Source: Promethearchaeota archaeon (lineage in GTDB: Archaea > Asgardarchaeota > Lokiarchaeia > Sigyniarchaeales > SOKP01). From it: a stretch of 64,000 bases of DNA. The DNA lies in the NCBI GenBank assembly GCA_019058245.1, contig JAHPZJ010000030.1:1-64000 (forward strand). Direction: 5' to 3'. The position numbers were made by a program, and so were the translations under genes. Below, one piece after another: positions 51,447-62,495 of the stretch; position 1 is the stretch's first letter, and each line of letters begins with the position of its first letter. The notes below the pieces were generated by a model that did no database searches, was not told the DNA's origin, and worked only from the letters and a program-made list of their open reading frames with translations.

Positions 51447-52562
51447 CTATTTTTCTATGATAGTTTCTTTTACTGCCGTTCCAAAATGTGTAGCTCCAGG
51501 TCCAATATGGGCTAACACCTCATCACCAACTTTAATATCAACTACAGATTTCGCTTTCCCATCAACATCAACTAATCGAATTGTTTCAGCATTTTGGCAA
51601 ATACAGCTTATGGTTATTTTCTTACTTTCTTTCATTGCTTCTAATTCAAATCGGAGCATCGGACGAGTTTCAATTTTTACCCTCCCAACTGAAATAATTC
51701 GAGCCTCTCCTTTAGTAGAAACTGCTAAGACTTTCTTTCCTCCCTTCAATTCGCTTAAATAGTTTGTTCTATATACTTTTTCTGGATCATCATTAGGTAC
51801 CAATACATATGATGACACATCCCCTGCATTGACTCGAAATGGTCTAGACGCCACAAATTCTGTTTCGAATGTTTCAGAATGAACCAAGCAGAACCCCACT
51901 GCCGTTGATCCGACGAGAAGACCTTCTCCTATATTAAAAAGAGATGCTGTATCAACGCACACTCTTTCTGCCTCAGAAATGTTTTCAATACTCACTACTT
52001 TAGCCTTAGTAAGTTCAATTTGAAAGGAATCATGAATCAAATTTTTAATTTCATTTATTTCATCTACGTTTTTGGGAGTTATAAGTATTCCATCAACTCC
52101 AATTTCTAAAGTTTTTAGTAGTAATTTAGCTTCCTCTAAGGAATCAACAGCGGCAATCAATTCTGTGTCGTTTGTTTGCATTTCTGCTATTAAATTTTCA
52201 AAAGGTATAATCTTCCAATCTTTAGCAGATACTATTATAAAATCTATAGTTCCTGACTTCGAAATTTCAATAATTTCTCTCTCATCTTCTTTTCTTTTTA
52301 ATTCAATAAAAAGTCCAGAATTCTGGGAAATAGACTTTTCTTTTTCAATTTTTTCTTCAAAACCCTTTTTTTTATCAAGAACCAAATATGTGGAAGGAAT
52401 ATTAAGATCTCTTGAATAGAGTTTTATCCTTTCAATTTTTTCAAAATCTCTAATAGTTTCTTGAGAAATTAAAAAGTCTAGAAAATTTTTATTAAAAGCT
52501 TCTTGAACTAATTTCTTGAAATTATTTGTTTTTTTTTCAAAACCTAATATTACTTTTTTCAT
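51447..52562 (-). CDS. 3-dehydroquinate synthase II (archaeal type)
   Basis: DWKIIPFEN, RVCVDT, RPFRVNAG, GRVKIETRP, QNAETIRL, HFG. Confidence 0.95.
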   Translation of the reverse strand: MKKVILGFEKKTNNFKKLVQEAFNKNFLDFLISQETIRDFEKIERIKLYSRDLNIPSTYLVLDKKKGFEEKIEKEKSISQNSGLFIELKRKEDEREIIEISKSGTIDFIIVSAKDWKIIPFENLIAEMQTNDTELIAAVDSLEEAKLLLKTLEIGVDGILITPKNVDEINEIKNLIHDSFQIELTKAKVVSIENISEAERVCVDTASLFNIGEGLLVGSTAVGFCLVHSETFETEFVASRPFRVNAGDVSSYVLVPNDDPEKVYRTNYLSELKGGKKVLAVSTKGEARIISVGRVKIETRPMLRFELEAMKESKKITISCICQNAETIRLVDVDGKAKSVVDIKVGDEVLAHIGPGATHFGTAVKETIIEK

Positions 52563-52713
52563 ATTGTATCAAATTTTGGTCTATGAAAACTTTTTTGATG
52601 TAAATTATTTTATAATATTATAACAAATAATATTAAATTTTTAAGTTAGAAAAATCATATAATTTATAAATCAGATAGAATAAATTTAAAACTCTAAAAG
52701 GAGTAATCTTGAA

Positions 52714-53364
52714 ATGGGTCTAAAAAAGAAACTTTTCCCTCGTAAAGGTAAAGAAAAGGATGATTTAGTAGCACAAGCGAAAGGCCATATTCACAAATTA
52801 AATATGATGAATAAAAATTACACTAAAAGAGCTGAAATAAGCCGTAAGAATGCGAAAATCGCATTAAAACGAGGTGAAAAAGATCGTGCTAAAAGTTATC
52901 TGGTTCAATATAAGGCATATCAAGCAAAAGTTGACCGATCCAATAATATAAGATTAAAGATAGAAAGACAAATTCAAGCGATAGAAGAAGGAATGCTTAT
53001 TTCTCAAACTGGAGATGTGATGGGCGGAATTAGGGATGAATTAGAATTTATTGCTACAAAAGCATCTCCTACTAAAGTGGCCGAAATCGCCGAGGATTCT
53101 GAAGCATATGTTTCTGAAATCGAGGAAGCCGCAGAAATTTTAGCGGGAGATCCAGAAATTGATCTTGCTATTGATGTTACAGATGAATTGAATCAGCTTG
53201 AAACAGAAATGTTGCTTGATCAAGGAGGAACGATGCCCGAAATTCCTTCTGATGATTTACAATATATTCCTGAGTTTGATGAACTTGAAGAGGAAGCAGA
53301 GGTAAAATCAAAAGATAAGTTAAAAGACGAAATTGAGAAATTGAGAAAAGAATTAGATGGATAA
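52714..53364 (+). CDS. ESCRT-III / Snf7-family protein
   Basis: Basic helical N-half (AKIALKRGEKDRAK.YL), acidic C-half (ELNQLE), terminal amphipathic helix; 216 aa. Confidence 0.82.
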   Translation: MGLKKKLFPRKGKEKDDLVAQAKGHIHKLNMMNKNYTKRAEISRKNAKIALKRGEKDRAKSYLVQYKAYQAKVDRSNNIRLKIERQIQAIEEGMLISQTGDVMGGIRDELEFIATKASPTKVAEIAEDSEAYVSEIEEAAEILAGDPEIDLAIDVTDELNQLETEMLLDQGGTMPEIPSDDLQYIPEFDELEEEAEVKSKDKLKDEIEKLRKELDG

Positions 53365-53473
53365 TTCTTTCTTGTTCATCATTTTCTTTTTAAAAAAAAT
53401 TAATTTTAGATACTATTGTTTAATTCTATATTCTGTTTTTTAATGATATAAATAATGCTTATCTTTACTAGTA

Positions 53474-53974
53474 TTGAGAAAAGTGATGATAAAAAAAATA
53501 AAAAGTAAGAATCAGCTTTTAGAAAGTGTAGAAGTGATAAGAATTTCCTTTATTACAGTAGCACATGATTTTAATCTAAATAAAGAAAATGCTCCTACAA
53601 ATCCTGCTTTTATAACTTTTAATAAACTAAAAGAATTGAAAGATAAAGGTGTAAAACTATATGGATTTTTCAATGAAATTAATAGAAAGCAAATAGGTGT
53701 TGTTGCCATAGAAAAAGCAAATAATGCATTATATTATATGGAGAAATTATGTGTGCTACCTAAGTTTAGACATAATGGATATGGAAAAGAATTAATGGAT
53801 TTTGTTTTTGAATACGTTAGAAAAAACAATGGAAATAAAGTTTCAATCGGAATAATTAATGAAAATTTCATTTTAAAAAATTATTATATCAAGAATGGAT
53901 TTGTTGAAACCGGATTAAAGAAATTTAATCATTTGCCTTTTACAGTTTGCTTCATGGAAAAAAAAATAAGATAA
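53474..53974 (+). CDS. GNAT family N-acetyltransferase
   Basis: LCVLPKFRHNGYGK motif A; Y.KNGF. Confidence 0.92.
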   Translation: MRKVMIKKIKSKNQLLESVEVIRISFITVAHDFNLNKENAPTNPAFITFNKLKELKDKGVKLYGFFNEINRKQIGVVAIEKANNALYYMEKLCVLPKFRHNGYGKELMDFVFEYVRKNNGNKVSIGIINENFILKNYYIKNGFVETGLKKFNHLPFTVCFMEKKIR

Positions 53975-54093
53975 ACAATAAAAACTGAATTAATTAGTAT
54001 AAAAACTGTAGAGATCAGCATTATTAAAATAGAATTCTTTTCTTAAATATACAATACTATTTTAATTTATTCTATACTAATGCTAAAGGATAC

Positions 54094-55116
54094 TTAATGC
54101 CTCAATTCTTTTAATGCAAGAACCAAATTTTTCACTTTTTTTATTGCAATTTCATAACCATCTTTCTCTCCGAAGACCTTTAAGGGGTAGAAACCACAAT
54201 CAGGTTTTATAATTAAATTTTCTTTACCATATTGTTCAATCCCTTTCTTTATATATTCCTTAAGGTAATCAACGTCCTCCACATAATCATCGATTGTCTT
54301 CTCTTTAATAGATACAAATTTCGATTCAACAGTTCCCAAAGCTAAAAGTTTATCAGTTCCTTGAAAATGTTTTCTTTCAAAAACTTTAAAATTCTCTTCA
54401 TTTGTACTGAATTCATGGTCTAAGATCTTAACATTTGTTTTTAAAAGAAGATCTCGCAAATTTGGACTAATCCTTCCACATACGTGTATAGAAGAGAATC
54501 CCTTTATTCCCGATATCGCTTTATTAATAGTATCAATAATGAAATCTTCTGAGTGGAAGAGAATTTTCCTTCCTACTAATAATCCAAGAATTGGTTCATC
54601 GCAAGAAATTATATCTATTCCCATATCATTATAAGCTGAGCCTAATTGTTTCACAATTTCAGCATATTTATCAACTATCCAATCTACCATAACTGCTCTT
54701 GGTTCTTCAGAGATTAGAGGTTTTAAGCCTTTTGTTAGATCATTTTTCAATATTGTTTCAAATGATAAAGTGAAAGGTCCAGTTAAACAAGCTTTCGTGC
54801 CTTTAATTAATTCTCTAAGATTGGGATGATCTTTAAAATAATTAACCATAAATTCTCCGTATTCTAGAGCTATATTTTGCTTAGGTAATTTAAAATCTCC
54901 ATGTAAATAAAATTTTTTATCAATTTCTTCTAAATTTTTAACTATTTTAGACAAAGGGGATAAGAACTGATAATTCATATCTAAAAATTGAGGGTAGCAC
55001 GGATAATCAATACCAATCTGAATTAAATCAGTGAAAACCTTTTTCATATTGTTATCTGTATTCTCTAAAGGCCAACTTCCTACAACTGTCGTGAAAGGAG
55101 TATCCTCTTTATCCAT
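54094..55116 (-). CDS. Single-barrel (core) methionine synthase, MetE C-terminal-like
   Basis: VVGSWP, TGPFTL, DEP, IHVCG, KPDCG zinc ligands. Confidence 0.85.
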   Translation of the reverse strand: MDKEDTPFTTVVGSWPLENTDNNMKKVFTDLIQIGIDYPCYPQFLDMNYQFLSPLSKIVKNLEEIDKKFYLHGDFKLPKQNIALEYGEFMVNYFKDHPNLRELIKGTKACLTGPFTLSFETILKNDLTKGLKPLISEEPRAVMVDWIVDKYAEIVKQLGSAYNDMGIDIISCDEPILGLLVGRKILFHSEDFIIDTINKAISGIKGFSSIHVCGRISPNLRDLLLKTNVKILDHEFSTNEENFKVFERKHFQGTDKLLALGTVESKFVSIKEKTIDDYVEDVDYLKEYIKKGIEQYGKENLIIKPDCGFYPLKVFGEKDGYEIAIKKVKNLVLALKELRH

Positions 55117-55196
55117 AGGATATAAAGAAGGAAAAGAAATATAAATATAAGATATTTAAAATATGCACGTCATTCATAAAAAAAAGGAAGTATATT

Positions 55197-57179
55197 CTAT
55201 GAATAATATCGTTTTTTATCAAAATTTCTGCTGTTTCTTTTAATTTCTTCGATTTCCTCGAGATTAATTTGAAGGGATTGTATTTTCTTTTCAATTAGAT
55301 AAATTTCTTTTTGAAGATTCTTAAAAGTTCTAAAGTAATCCACTTCAGAAATAATTCCTTGATCAAATTTAGCATCTAACTTTTTCAGAGTTTCCTTTAA
55401 ACTATATCTTTCCTTATCTAATTCTAACATTTTTTTATGCTTTTCTTTATCAATTTTAAATAATTTATGTTTGTATCGATATGAATTATCTGGCTGAGCA
55501 TTTTCCTGATCAAACATATCAGATAAATGATTTCTATTATAATCCTGAAAGATAAAGTCATCTTTTAAGAAATGATCATTTTGATTATATGGATGATTAT
55601 CAATACTTCTTCGTTGATTTTGAATTGGTCGATTTGGATGGGTGTAAAATTTATTTTCAGGAGTCAATGCCTGAGGATTATGATTTTGAAAGTAATTCGG
55701 ATTATACATATTCTGTGAAAAGAAGTTATTTCTTGTATAGTGTTGCCTTTCTGGATTACTAGAGAATTGAGGTGATTGAAAGTTATTTGGTTGGTAATAT
55801 GGTGAATTACTTTTTTCTTGATAGTAATTGATATTATTAGGAGAATTTAACCAAGGTTGAACGTTATTTTGAGAATGAATATATCGATTTGATGAACGAG
55901 AAGCATTATTAGGCATTAGATTGGGATGTATACCAAATGGAGGTACTGTTTCTTTATTATAGCTATAAGAATTCTCATAATTTTTATTATACTGACATTT
56001 AATACTGAAAAATGAATTAATACTTTCCTCAATGAAATTTGTTAACTCATTTAAATCTAAATCAATTTGTTGAAGTCTTTTGGCATTTTTTTCATCATAG
56101 ATTGTTGTTTCATCAAAAGATCTTGCTAAAAGAATATATTCTATTACTCTAGAAATAGTTTTAGGTGGTAGTGTAAACTCATATTTTCCATAAGAGAATT
56201 CAATGTATAATTTCTTGAAGACTTTACCTTTTTCCTTTAATTTTGTTAAATCTCGGACTGGGGCTTTAAATATTAATTCTTTCTTCTTTTTAACTACCCC
56301 ATATTCATGAACAAAAGACATGTCAAAATTAGTGATAAATAAGATACCTTTATCTTTCTTACATTTTTCGTGGGTATTTAAACCATTAGTTAATTTGGCA
56401 AAAATTGCATAAACAGGTTTTTCTCCGTCAGCAAGTCTTAAAAGTTTCTGGTATTCGCTAAAATAAGATTTTACTTTGCTAATAAAATGTAAATTTTTTT
56501 CAAAAGATTCAAAACTAACATTAAATGTACTTAAGTTTTTTTTTATAAATTCATCAATAGTATTATAACTCCTTGATAAATTTTCATATATACCTTCTAT
56601 AATGGTTATATTAGAATTTGGTTGAGGGTAAATATCAAAAAAATATTCCTTATTTTGATTTAATTGGTAAAAGTGAACATTAATTTTTTCAAATAAGGTA
56701 TTCCTTATATAAAGAAATAACTTAAAGAGAGCCAATAAGTCTGATTCCATTTTAGGAAAATGATAATACTTATTTGGAGGATCCCTTAATTCCTTGATTT
56801 TTGATTGAAATTGATATAATTTTTCAATTACTTCTTTTAAAGGTTGAATGAATAAACGTGAATTTTTGATTAATTCTAAAAATCTCTTTTCTAATTCTTC
56901 TTTTTTCTCATAAATATTAATTATCTGATGTGAATCACACTTTGGGCAGGATTTTAAGAGTTGGTTAGCTTTAATAATATTTTCATTACCACAATCCCTG
57001 CAAATTTTCTTATTTTCGGACTCAAAAATTTGTATATTTTTAGATTTACAATCTTGACAAATAAAGAATTCTACTTTTTTTTCATGGAGACATTCAGAAC
57101 AACAACTAGAGCCACATTCTTCACAATAATAAGCTAATTTTACATATCTGTGACAAAATCTACACACTTGTTCTGACAT
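55197..57179 (-). CDS. Multidomain Zn-finger / coiled-coil / PH-like / N,Q,P-rich / steadiness-box-like protein
   Basis: Cys-rich N-terminus; KGILFITNFD; low-complexity region; C-terminal TLKKLDAKFDQGIISEVDYF. Confidence 0.75.
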   Translation of the reverse strand: MSEQVCRFCHRYVKLAYYCEECGSSCCSECLHEKKVEFFICQDCKSKNIQIFESENKKICRDCGNENIIKANQLLKSCPKCDSHQIINIYEKKEELEKRFLELIKNSRLFIQPLKEVIEKLYQFQSKIKELRDPPNKYYHFPKMESDLLALFKLFLYIRNTLFEKINVHFYQLNQNKEYFFDIYPQPNSNITIIEGIYENLSRSYNTIDEFIKKNLSTFNVSFESFEKNLHFISKVKSYFSEYQKLLRLADGEKPVYAIFAKLTNGLNTHEKCKKDKGILFITNFDMSFVHEYGVVKKKKELIFKAPVRDLTKLKEKGKVFKKLYIEFSYGKYEFTLPPKTISRVIEYILLARSFDETTIYDEKNAKRLQQIDLDLNELTNFIEESINSFFSIKCQYNKNYENSYSYNKETVPPFGIHPNLMPNNASRSSNRYIHSQNNVQPWLNSPNNINYYQEKSNSPYYQPNNFQSPQFSSNPERQHYTRNNFFSQNMYNPNYFQNHNPQALTPENKFYTHPNRPIQNQRRSIDNHPYNQNDHFLKDDFIFQDYNRNHLSDMFDQENAQPDNSYRYKHKLFKIDKEKHKKMLELDKERYSLKETLKKLDAKFDQGIISEVDYFRTFKNLQKEIYLIEKKIQSLQINLEEIEEIKRNSRNFDKKRYYS

Positions 57180-57340
57180 TTTTAATACTTAAACCCAACC
57201 AAATGAGGTAAAAATTACCTATTAAATCGCTATATCAGAAGAATAAGAAATTCCAAAACATAAAAAAAGCTATATTATTCTCGTATCATGTAATATTTAG
57301 ATATAGCTAGGGAAAAATAACGATCAAAAAATAATAATTA

Positions 57341-57634
57341 TCATTTAATTATTTTTACTTTTTTTCCTAAGGCTTGACCTGGTACACCAGCTTTTTTGAA
57401 ATGGGCTCTTACTGCTCCATTATTCCCATGAGCTCGAGTTATAACTCCCTTTAGTTCTTTACCAGTAGGAGTATCCCAAACAACAGTTCTCCCAATAAGC
57501 TTATTCGCATCTTTTCTTGTTTTTATAGTAGGAAATACTATTATACAGTGTTTTTGGTGTATTGTATGGCGCCCTCCTTTATAATTTGAAATTACTCCTT
57601 CCATTCCAAGCATGTTTAATTTGTTTAATGACAT
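57341..57634 (-). CDS. rpl35ae: 50S ribosomal protein eL33 (L35Ae)
   Basis: LIGRTVVW, GVITRAHGNNGAVRAHF, PGQALG. Confidence 0.95.
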   Translation of the reverse strand: MSLNKLNMLGMEGVISNYKGGRHTIHQKHCIIVFPTIKTRKDANKLIGRTVVWDTPTGKELKGVITRAHGNNGAVRAHFKKAGVPGQALGKKVKIIK

Positions 57635-57898
57635 TAGGTAAAACCTTTTTAACTATTACATCAATCTATTATCTGATAAATATTTTAAAACTATTAAGTT
57701 TTTTCAAATAAAATCTTCATAATAAAAATATAATTATATTCAAAGAATATTTTGGATAAGAAATGTATACGTATAAAATTAGAGATGATTTGTGTGAGCC
57801 ACATGCTAATTTTAGTTTCATTTATTTATAATTTAAAAAATAAGAGAAGTTGGATTTTTTAGGAGAAATTAATTATAAGTGAATATAAAAATTTTTCA

Positions 57899-59062
57899 TT
57901 AAAGTATTTCATAGGATTTATTCCATGCCTCTAAATTAATAAATTTTAATTTATTTTGGAATTTTTCTTCAGTAATTTTATCTTCTAGTTTGATTAGATC
58001 GTTAATTTTAGAAATAATATTTTGTTCGATATTCCTTAGCTCATGTCTCTTGTTTATTGGCTTTGAGTTTGTATGTTTATACCAGAACCAATCAGAATTG
58101 ACCATTTGATAAGGCCCTGGATTATAAAATTTTTGTCCTTCAATAGGAAAAGAGTAAGGCTTATACAGACTAATACATGGAAGAGTTGTTCCTGTAAACC
58201 AATGAATTGAATTTTTTCCATTCCTTAGATGTGAAATTTGAGATCCCGTGGATTCAAATCCCCCATGCATACAAATTCCTGCTTGGTGGTCCCTTAAAAA
58301 CTCCATCATTAAATTTGGTGTAATTTCACCTTTATTTTCTTGTAATAAAAGAGCCGATTTTCCTCCTCTCGAATATGGTGAAGGCGTTGTTGAAACTGGA
58401 GACCCTGAAAATGTAACTGCAAAATCAAAATCATAATCATCTTTACAGTAACCTTTTTCAATTGCATATTGTATTATCCCATTCTTTCGAAGATCACCTT
58501 TCCCTCTAATGCTTATACTGTTTGATATGGATCTGACATCCTTAACTCTTTCCACAATCCACCATTCATCAGCAGTTTCTAATATATAAGCTTCTTTTGG
58601 GTCTGCAATTATGAATGAGTTATGGTACAACCAATTGGGATCATTATAAGAACAACCTCCTCCTTGTCCAAACTTCTCTAATAAATCAATGATTATATTC
58701 ATTGCCTCTTTCGCTGTTTTTCCTCTTTCAAGACCTAACCTTAATAAATCCATACCTAATAATCCAATATTCCTTAGAGGTTCATGTGTATATACTGCTT
58801 CATTACCAATTACAACATTACACTCATTTGTACCCATTTCAGCACCCCACATCCAGTAAGGTTGGCTTGTTAAAATTGCAAAGGTTTCGGAGACTTGAGG
58901 AATTTCTAAATATGTACATTTTAGGGTATCTTCTTTTTTAAAATTCATTCTTGGAGAGAAAGTTACTAGTTGTACTTCATCAAAAGGGCGATCTGAATTT
59001 TTACCAAAAATTACACTTCCATCTTCAGTTGAGTTTCCAAGAGCAACGAATGTATCACACAT
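57899..59062 (-). CDS. Secernin/dipeptidase (peptidase C69, Ntn hydrolase)
   Basis: MCDT N-terminus, GKNSDR, WMWGAEMG.NE, GMDLLRLGLER. Confidence 0.93.
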   Translation of the reverse strand: MCDTFVALGNSTEDGSVIFGKNSDRPFDEVQLVTFSPRMNFKKEDTLKCTYLEIPQVSETFAILTSQPYWMWGAEMGTNECNVVIGNEAVYTHEPLRNIGLLGMDLLRLGLERGKTAKEAMNIIIDLLEKFGQGGGCSYNDPNWLYHNSFIIADPKEAYILETADEWWIVERVKDVRSISNSISIRGKGDLRKNGIIQYAIEKGYCKDDYDFDFAVTFSGSPVSTTPSPYSRGGKSALLLQENKGEITPNLMMEFLRDHQAGICMHGGFESTGSQISHLRNGKNSIHWFTGTTLPCISLYKPYSFPIEGQKFYNPGPYQMVNSDWFWYKHTNSKPINKRHELRNIEQNIISKINDLIKLEDKITEEKFQNKLKFINLEAWNKSYEIL

Positions 59063-59380
59063 ACTTCCATTTGAGGTTTTTTTTGTAAATTTTGAGTTTT
59101 ATTTTGCATAAAAATATTCTAATTTATTAATTAATAACGCTTTTAAAGTAGATTATGATATAATCTAAGATGTATAGTACACTGGAAATTAAGCCATCAA
59201 TATCTATTCTAAATTCATTAAAAAATTTATTTTTTTGTCGTATTTGGACCTAAAAAATCCAATTTTAAGTAAGTTTTATTAGAATTCAATATTTTATGAA
59301 TTAGAATTAATTATTTTTATAGAATTTCTTATAATATGGATTTAAAATAATTTATTTCATGATAAATAGTTTATAAAAAA

Positions 59381-61171
59381 TTGATTAAAACCAAAGATAA
59401 TGTTTGGATTTTCACATTTGAATATGCGGGGATAGTGAAAGTTGGAGGTCTTGGAGAAGTACCCGCAAATCAAGCTAAAAATTTAGCTAATGATTATGAA
59501 ATCACAGTATTTATTCCTTCACATGGTCAATTGCAGAACTTAGAAAAATCATATAGTGTGGAAAAACTCCTTTTTAATTGTGTGGGACTAATAAATCCTT
59601 CTGAATTTGGAATAAATGAACCAGAGACTAGTTATAATATTTCCTTTTACAAGATAAGAATTAATAATGTGAATATAATTTTATTACACGGAGAAAATCC
59701 ATTTACTTCTAGATATATTGATGATAAAATCGTTTATAATCCAGATACACTTAGTGGAAAAATTTGTCTTTTTAGTATAGGTATGCGGTGTTATATTGAT
59801 TTTTTAATTGATAATCGCAGAGAAGAACTACCTGATATAATACACATCCATGATTATCATGCTGTGATAGCTTTTTTTTGCATAAAACAAAGATTATCAA
59901 AAAGTGGCTTAGACGTAGCTTCTTTAATTACTATCCATTTATTAACTTGGCCAAGATATCCAATTGAATTTTATAGTGCATGTGGATTAGATCATACTCC
60001 TATAACTATAAATTTGAAAGAAGGACTTCAAGCATTAACAATATATGAAATATTTTCGATTTGTGAAAAAAAAAGCGAAATCTATCAACAGCCTACAGTA
60101 GAGATGATAGGGGCATTTATAAGTGATTTGGTTACTACTGTAAGCCAGTCATATTTAAAATCAGATATAATTCCTAATTGTGGTAAAGATTTGATTGAAT
60201 TTAAATCAAATTTTATATGGGATGGATGTGATTGGGATTATAATGAAATCCTCCAACAGGTATTAAAAAATCATGAACAAGAAATGAAACATGTCTTACA
60301 TTTATCACTTGAAAAAGAACTTACATTGAATGACATTAAAGAATATTTGTTAACCTATAAGTTATCTCATTTGAATAAAAGTCCATTAATTCAATCAGAA
60401 AAAGTTCTAAAAGTCATTAATGAGATTTCAGATGAGAATAAATTTACGAGAAATGGATATATCAAATCCTTTAATCAATCTGGTCCATTAGTAATTACAA
60501 CTGGAAGAATTTCTCCCCAAAAAGGATTTGAAACAATTCTAGAAGCTATACCAAAGGTCATTGATGCAATTCCTGATGCTAAGTTCTTATTTCTCATATT
60601 GCCTACTGATTATAGCTTAAATGAAATTAAGGTTTATGCAGATTATGTTAAGAGATATCCAGATAATTTAAGGATAATCTATGGTGTAGCTACGGATATA
60701 TTTCATCTTGCACATATTTCAGCTGATGTTTATTGTGCAATGTCCAGATGGGAACCTTTTGGTATTATTGCTTTAGAAGCTATGGCTGTAAAATTACCAG
60801 TTATTGCCACAAATGTGGGCGGATTTCAAGAAACTATCATAGATATTAGAAACTTTCCTGAAATTGGTACAGGGATTTTAATTGAGAAAGAAAACCCCGT
60901 TCAATTTGCTGAAGCATTAATTTCTCTCTTTAAATTAAAGGAGATTTCTGAAAAAGTTAAAGAAAAAGAAAAGATTTATGAAGTTGAAAATTTTCGCTTA
61001 GTAAATCAGATTCCTGATAAAATACTTGAATCTCTTGTTCTTTTGGATCCTAATTATTATAATAAAGTTAGAGAAAACTGTCATAAAAGAGTAGAAAATA
61101 ATTTTAGATGGAATATAGTCTCTAAGAAACTAATTGACTTATACCTAATGATAAAAAATCTACGGTTATAG
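59381..61171 (+). CDS. glgA: Glycogen/starch synthase (GT5)
   Basis: KVGGLG, HIHDYH, TTVSQSY, GR...QKG, SRWEPFG...LEAM. Confidence 0.88.
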   Translation: MIKTKDNVWIFTFEYAGIVKVGGLGEVPANQAKNLANDYEITVFIPSHGQLQNLEKSYSVEKLLFNCVGLINPSEFGINEPETSYNISFYKIRINNVNIILLHGENPFTSRYIDDKIVYNPDTLSGKICLFSIGMRCYIDFLIDNRREELPDIIHIHDYHAVIAFFCIKQRLSKSGLDVASLITIHLLTWPRYPIEFYSACGLDHTPITINLKEGLQALTIYEIFSICEKKSEIYQQPTVEMIGAFISDLVTTVSQSYLKSDIIPNCGKDLIEFKSNFIWDGCDWDYNEILQQVLKNHEQEMKHVLHLSLEKELTLNDIKEYLLTYKLSHLNKSPLIQSEKVLKVINEISDENKFTRNGYIKSFNQSGPLVITTGRISPQKGFETILEAIPKVIDAIPDAKFLFLILPTDYSLNEIKVYADYVKRYPDNLRIIYGVATDIFHLAHISADVYCAMSRWEPFGIIALEAMAVKLPVIATNVGGFQETIIDIRNFPEIGTGILIEKENPVQFAEALISLFKLKEISEKVKEKEKIYEVENFRLVNQIPDKILESLVLLDPNYYNKVRENCHKRVENNFRWNIVSKKLIDLYLMIKNLRL

Positions 61172-61192
61172 AATATAAAATGGGTTGAGTTA

Positions 61193-62362
61193 TTGATGCT
61201 TTCAAAAAGAACTGTTTTTCTCAGTTTAATCTCAGTTTTAATTTTTGGTACAGCAGGTATGGCCCTAATATATTATCTTCCTCCATATCTAAAAGATCTT
61301 GGATTCAGTCCTTCAATTGTACAATTCATTACTACAATTTATCCTTTTGCTTTGATTTTTTTACCACAACGCTTTGGTAGGTTATCAGATAAAATTCAAA
61401 AAAGATATATCTTTATTATAGTGGGATCAATTGGTACGAGTTTAATCTATTTATCTTTAATATTTTCAAAGAATCTAATTCTAATAATGATATTATTAAT
61501 GATTTATAGTGTTTTTAATGCTAGTTATAGGTTAAATTTTACTCTGTATCAAGAATTAACAAAAAATAATCCTAACTTCGTAGTTTATTATAATGCAATT
61601 TCAGTATTTGGATGGTTTCTTGGTTCCCAACTTGGGGGTATCTTTATAGATATATTTGGAATTTCACACATATTTATATTTTTCTTAATCATCTCAATCA
61701 TTAATTGTGCGATTATTTTATTTATTAGAGAGAATAGAAAAGATATACTTGAATACTATAATGATTTAGAAATTGAAAATCTAAATAATAACATAGTAGA
61801 TGAGGTAGATGAACAACCACAAATTTCTAAGGCACTTTATATAGCACTCTTTTCAAGACATTTCGGAGTTAGACCAATAATTACAATTATAGCAATTCTA
61901 ATGGCTTTACATTTGAGTAGTAATACTCAGATTGGATTTCTAATCGGATTTAACCCATTACTTCAATTCTTTTTAATGCTTATTACTGGTAAATTTATTT
62001 CAAAAAAGAATGAGAAGTATGTCTTAATGTTAGGTTTTTTTTTAAGCTGTGGAGCTATCTTAGGGTATATGTTTGCTACTGACTTTATTAGTTTCTTTTT
62101 AGCTCAAATAATGGTTTCTGCATCTTTTGCACTATTTTGGAATGTCACCCAAATTTATATTTCTCAAAAAACCAATCTAAAGAATAAGGGTAAATATCTA
62201 GGCTATGCAAATTCAAGTTTTTTTTCAGGGGGTTTTTTTGGAGGCCTTTTCTTTAGTGTATTATTGTTATTTAATTCAGATTATTATGCTTTTATGTGGA
62301 TAATGCTTATATTTCCTTTAATTTCTACATTAATTGTATTTTTTAAATTTAAAAGTGAATAA
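61193..62362 (+). CDS. MFS transporter (tandem paralog 1)
   Basis: About 12 TM segments; motif A-like GRLSDK. Confidence 0.9.
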   Translation: MMLSKRTVFLSLISVLIFGTAGMALIYYLPPYLKDLGFSPSIVQFITTIYPFALIFLPQRFGRLSDKIQKRYIFIIVGSIGTSLIYLSLIFSKNLILIMILLMIYSVFNASYRLNFTLYQELTKNNPNFVVYYNAISVFGWFLGSQLGGIFIDIFGISHIFIFFLIISIINCAIILFIRENRKDILEYYNDLEIENLNNNIVDEVDEQPQISKALYIALFSRHFGVRPIITIIAILMALHLSSNTQIGFLIGFNPLLQFFLMLITGKFISKKNEKYVLMLGFFLSCGAILGYMFATDFISFFLAQIMVSASFALFWNVTQIYISQKTNLKNKGKYLGYANSSFFSGGFFGGLFFSVLLLFNSDYYAFMWIMLIFPLISTLIVFFKFKSE

Positions 62363-62495
62363 TTATTGAATTTTGCATAATTTTGTTTTTTATTCAGCAA
62401 TTAGCATCTTAATATACACCTTTGTAGAAAATTAAATAAATCTGACAATATTTTAGAGACTACTTTAAACAAATTTATAGTAGGATAAAGAAAGA

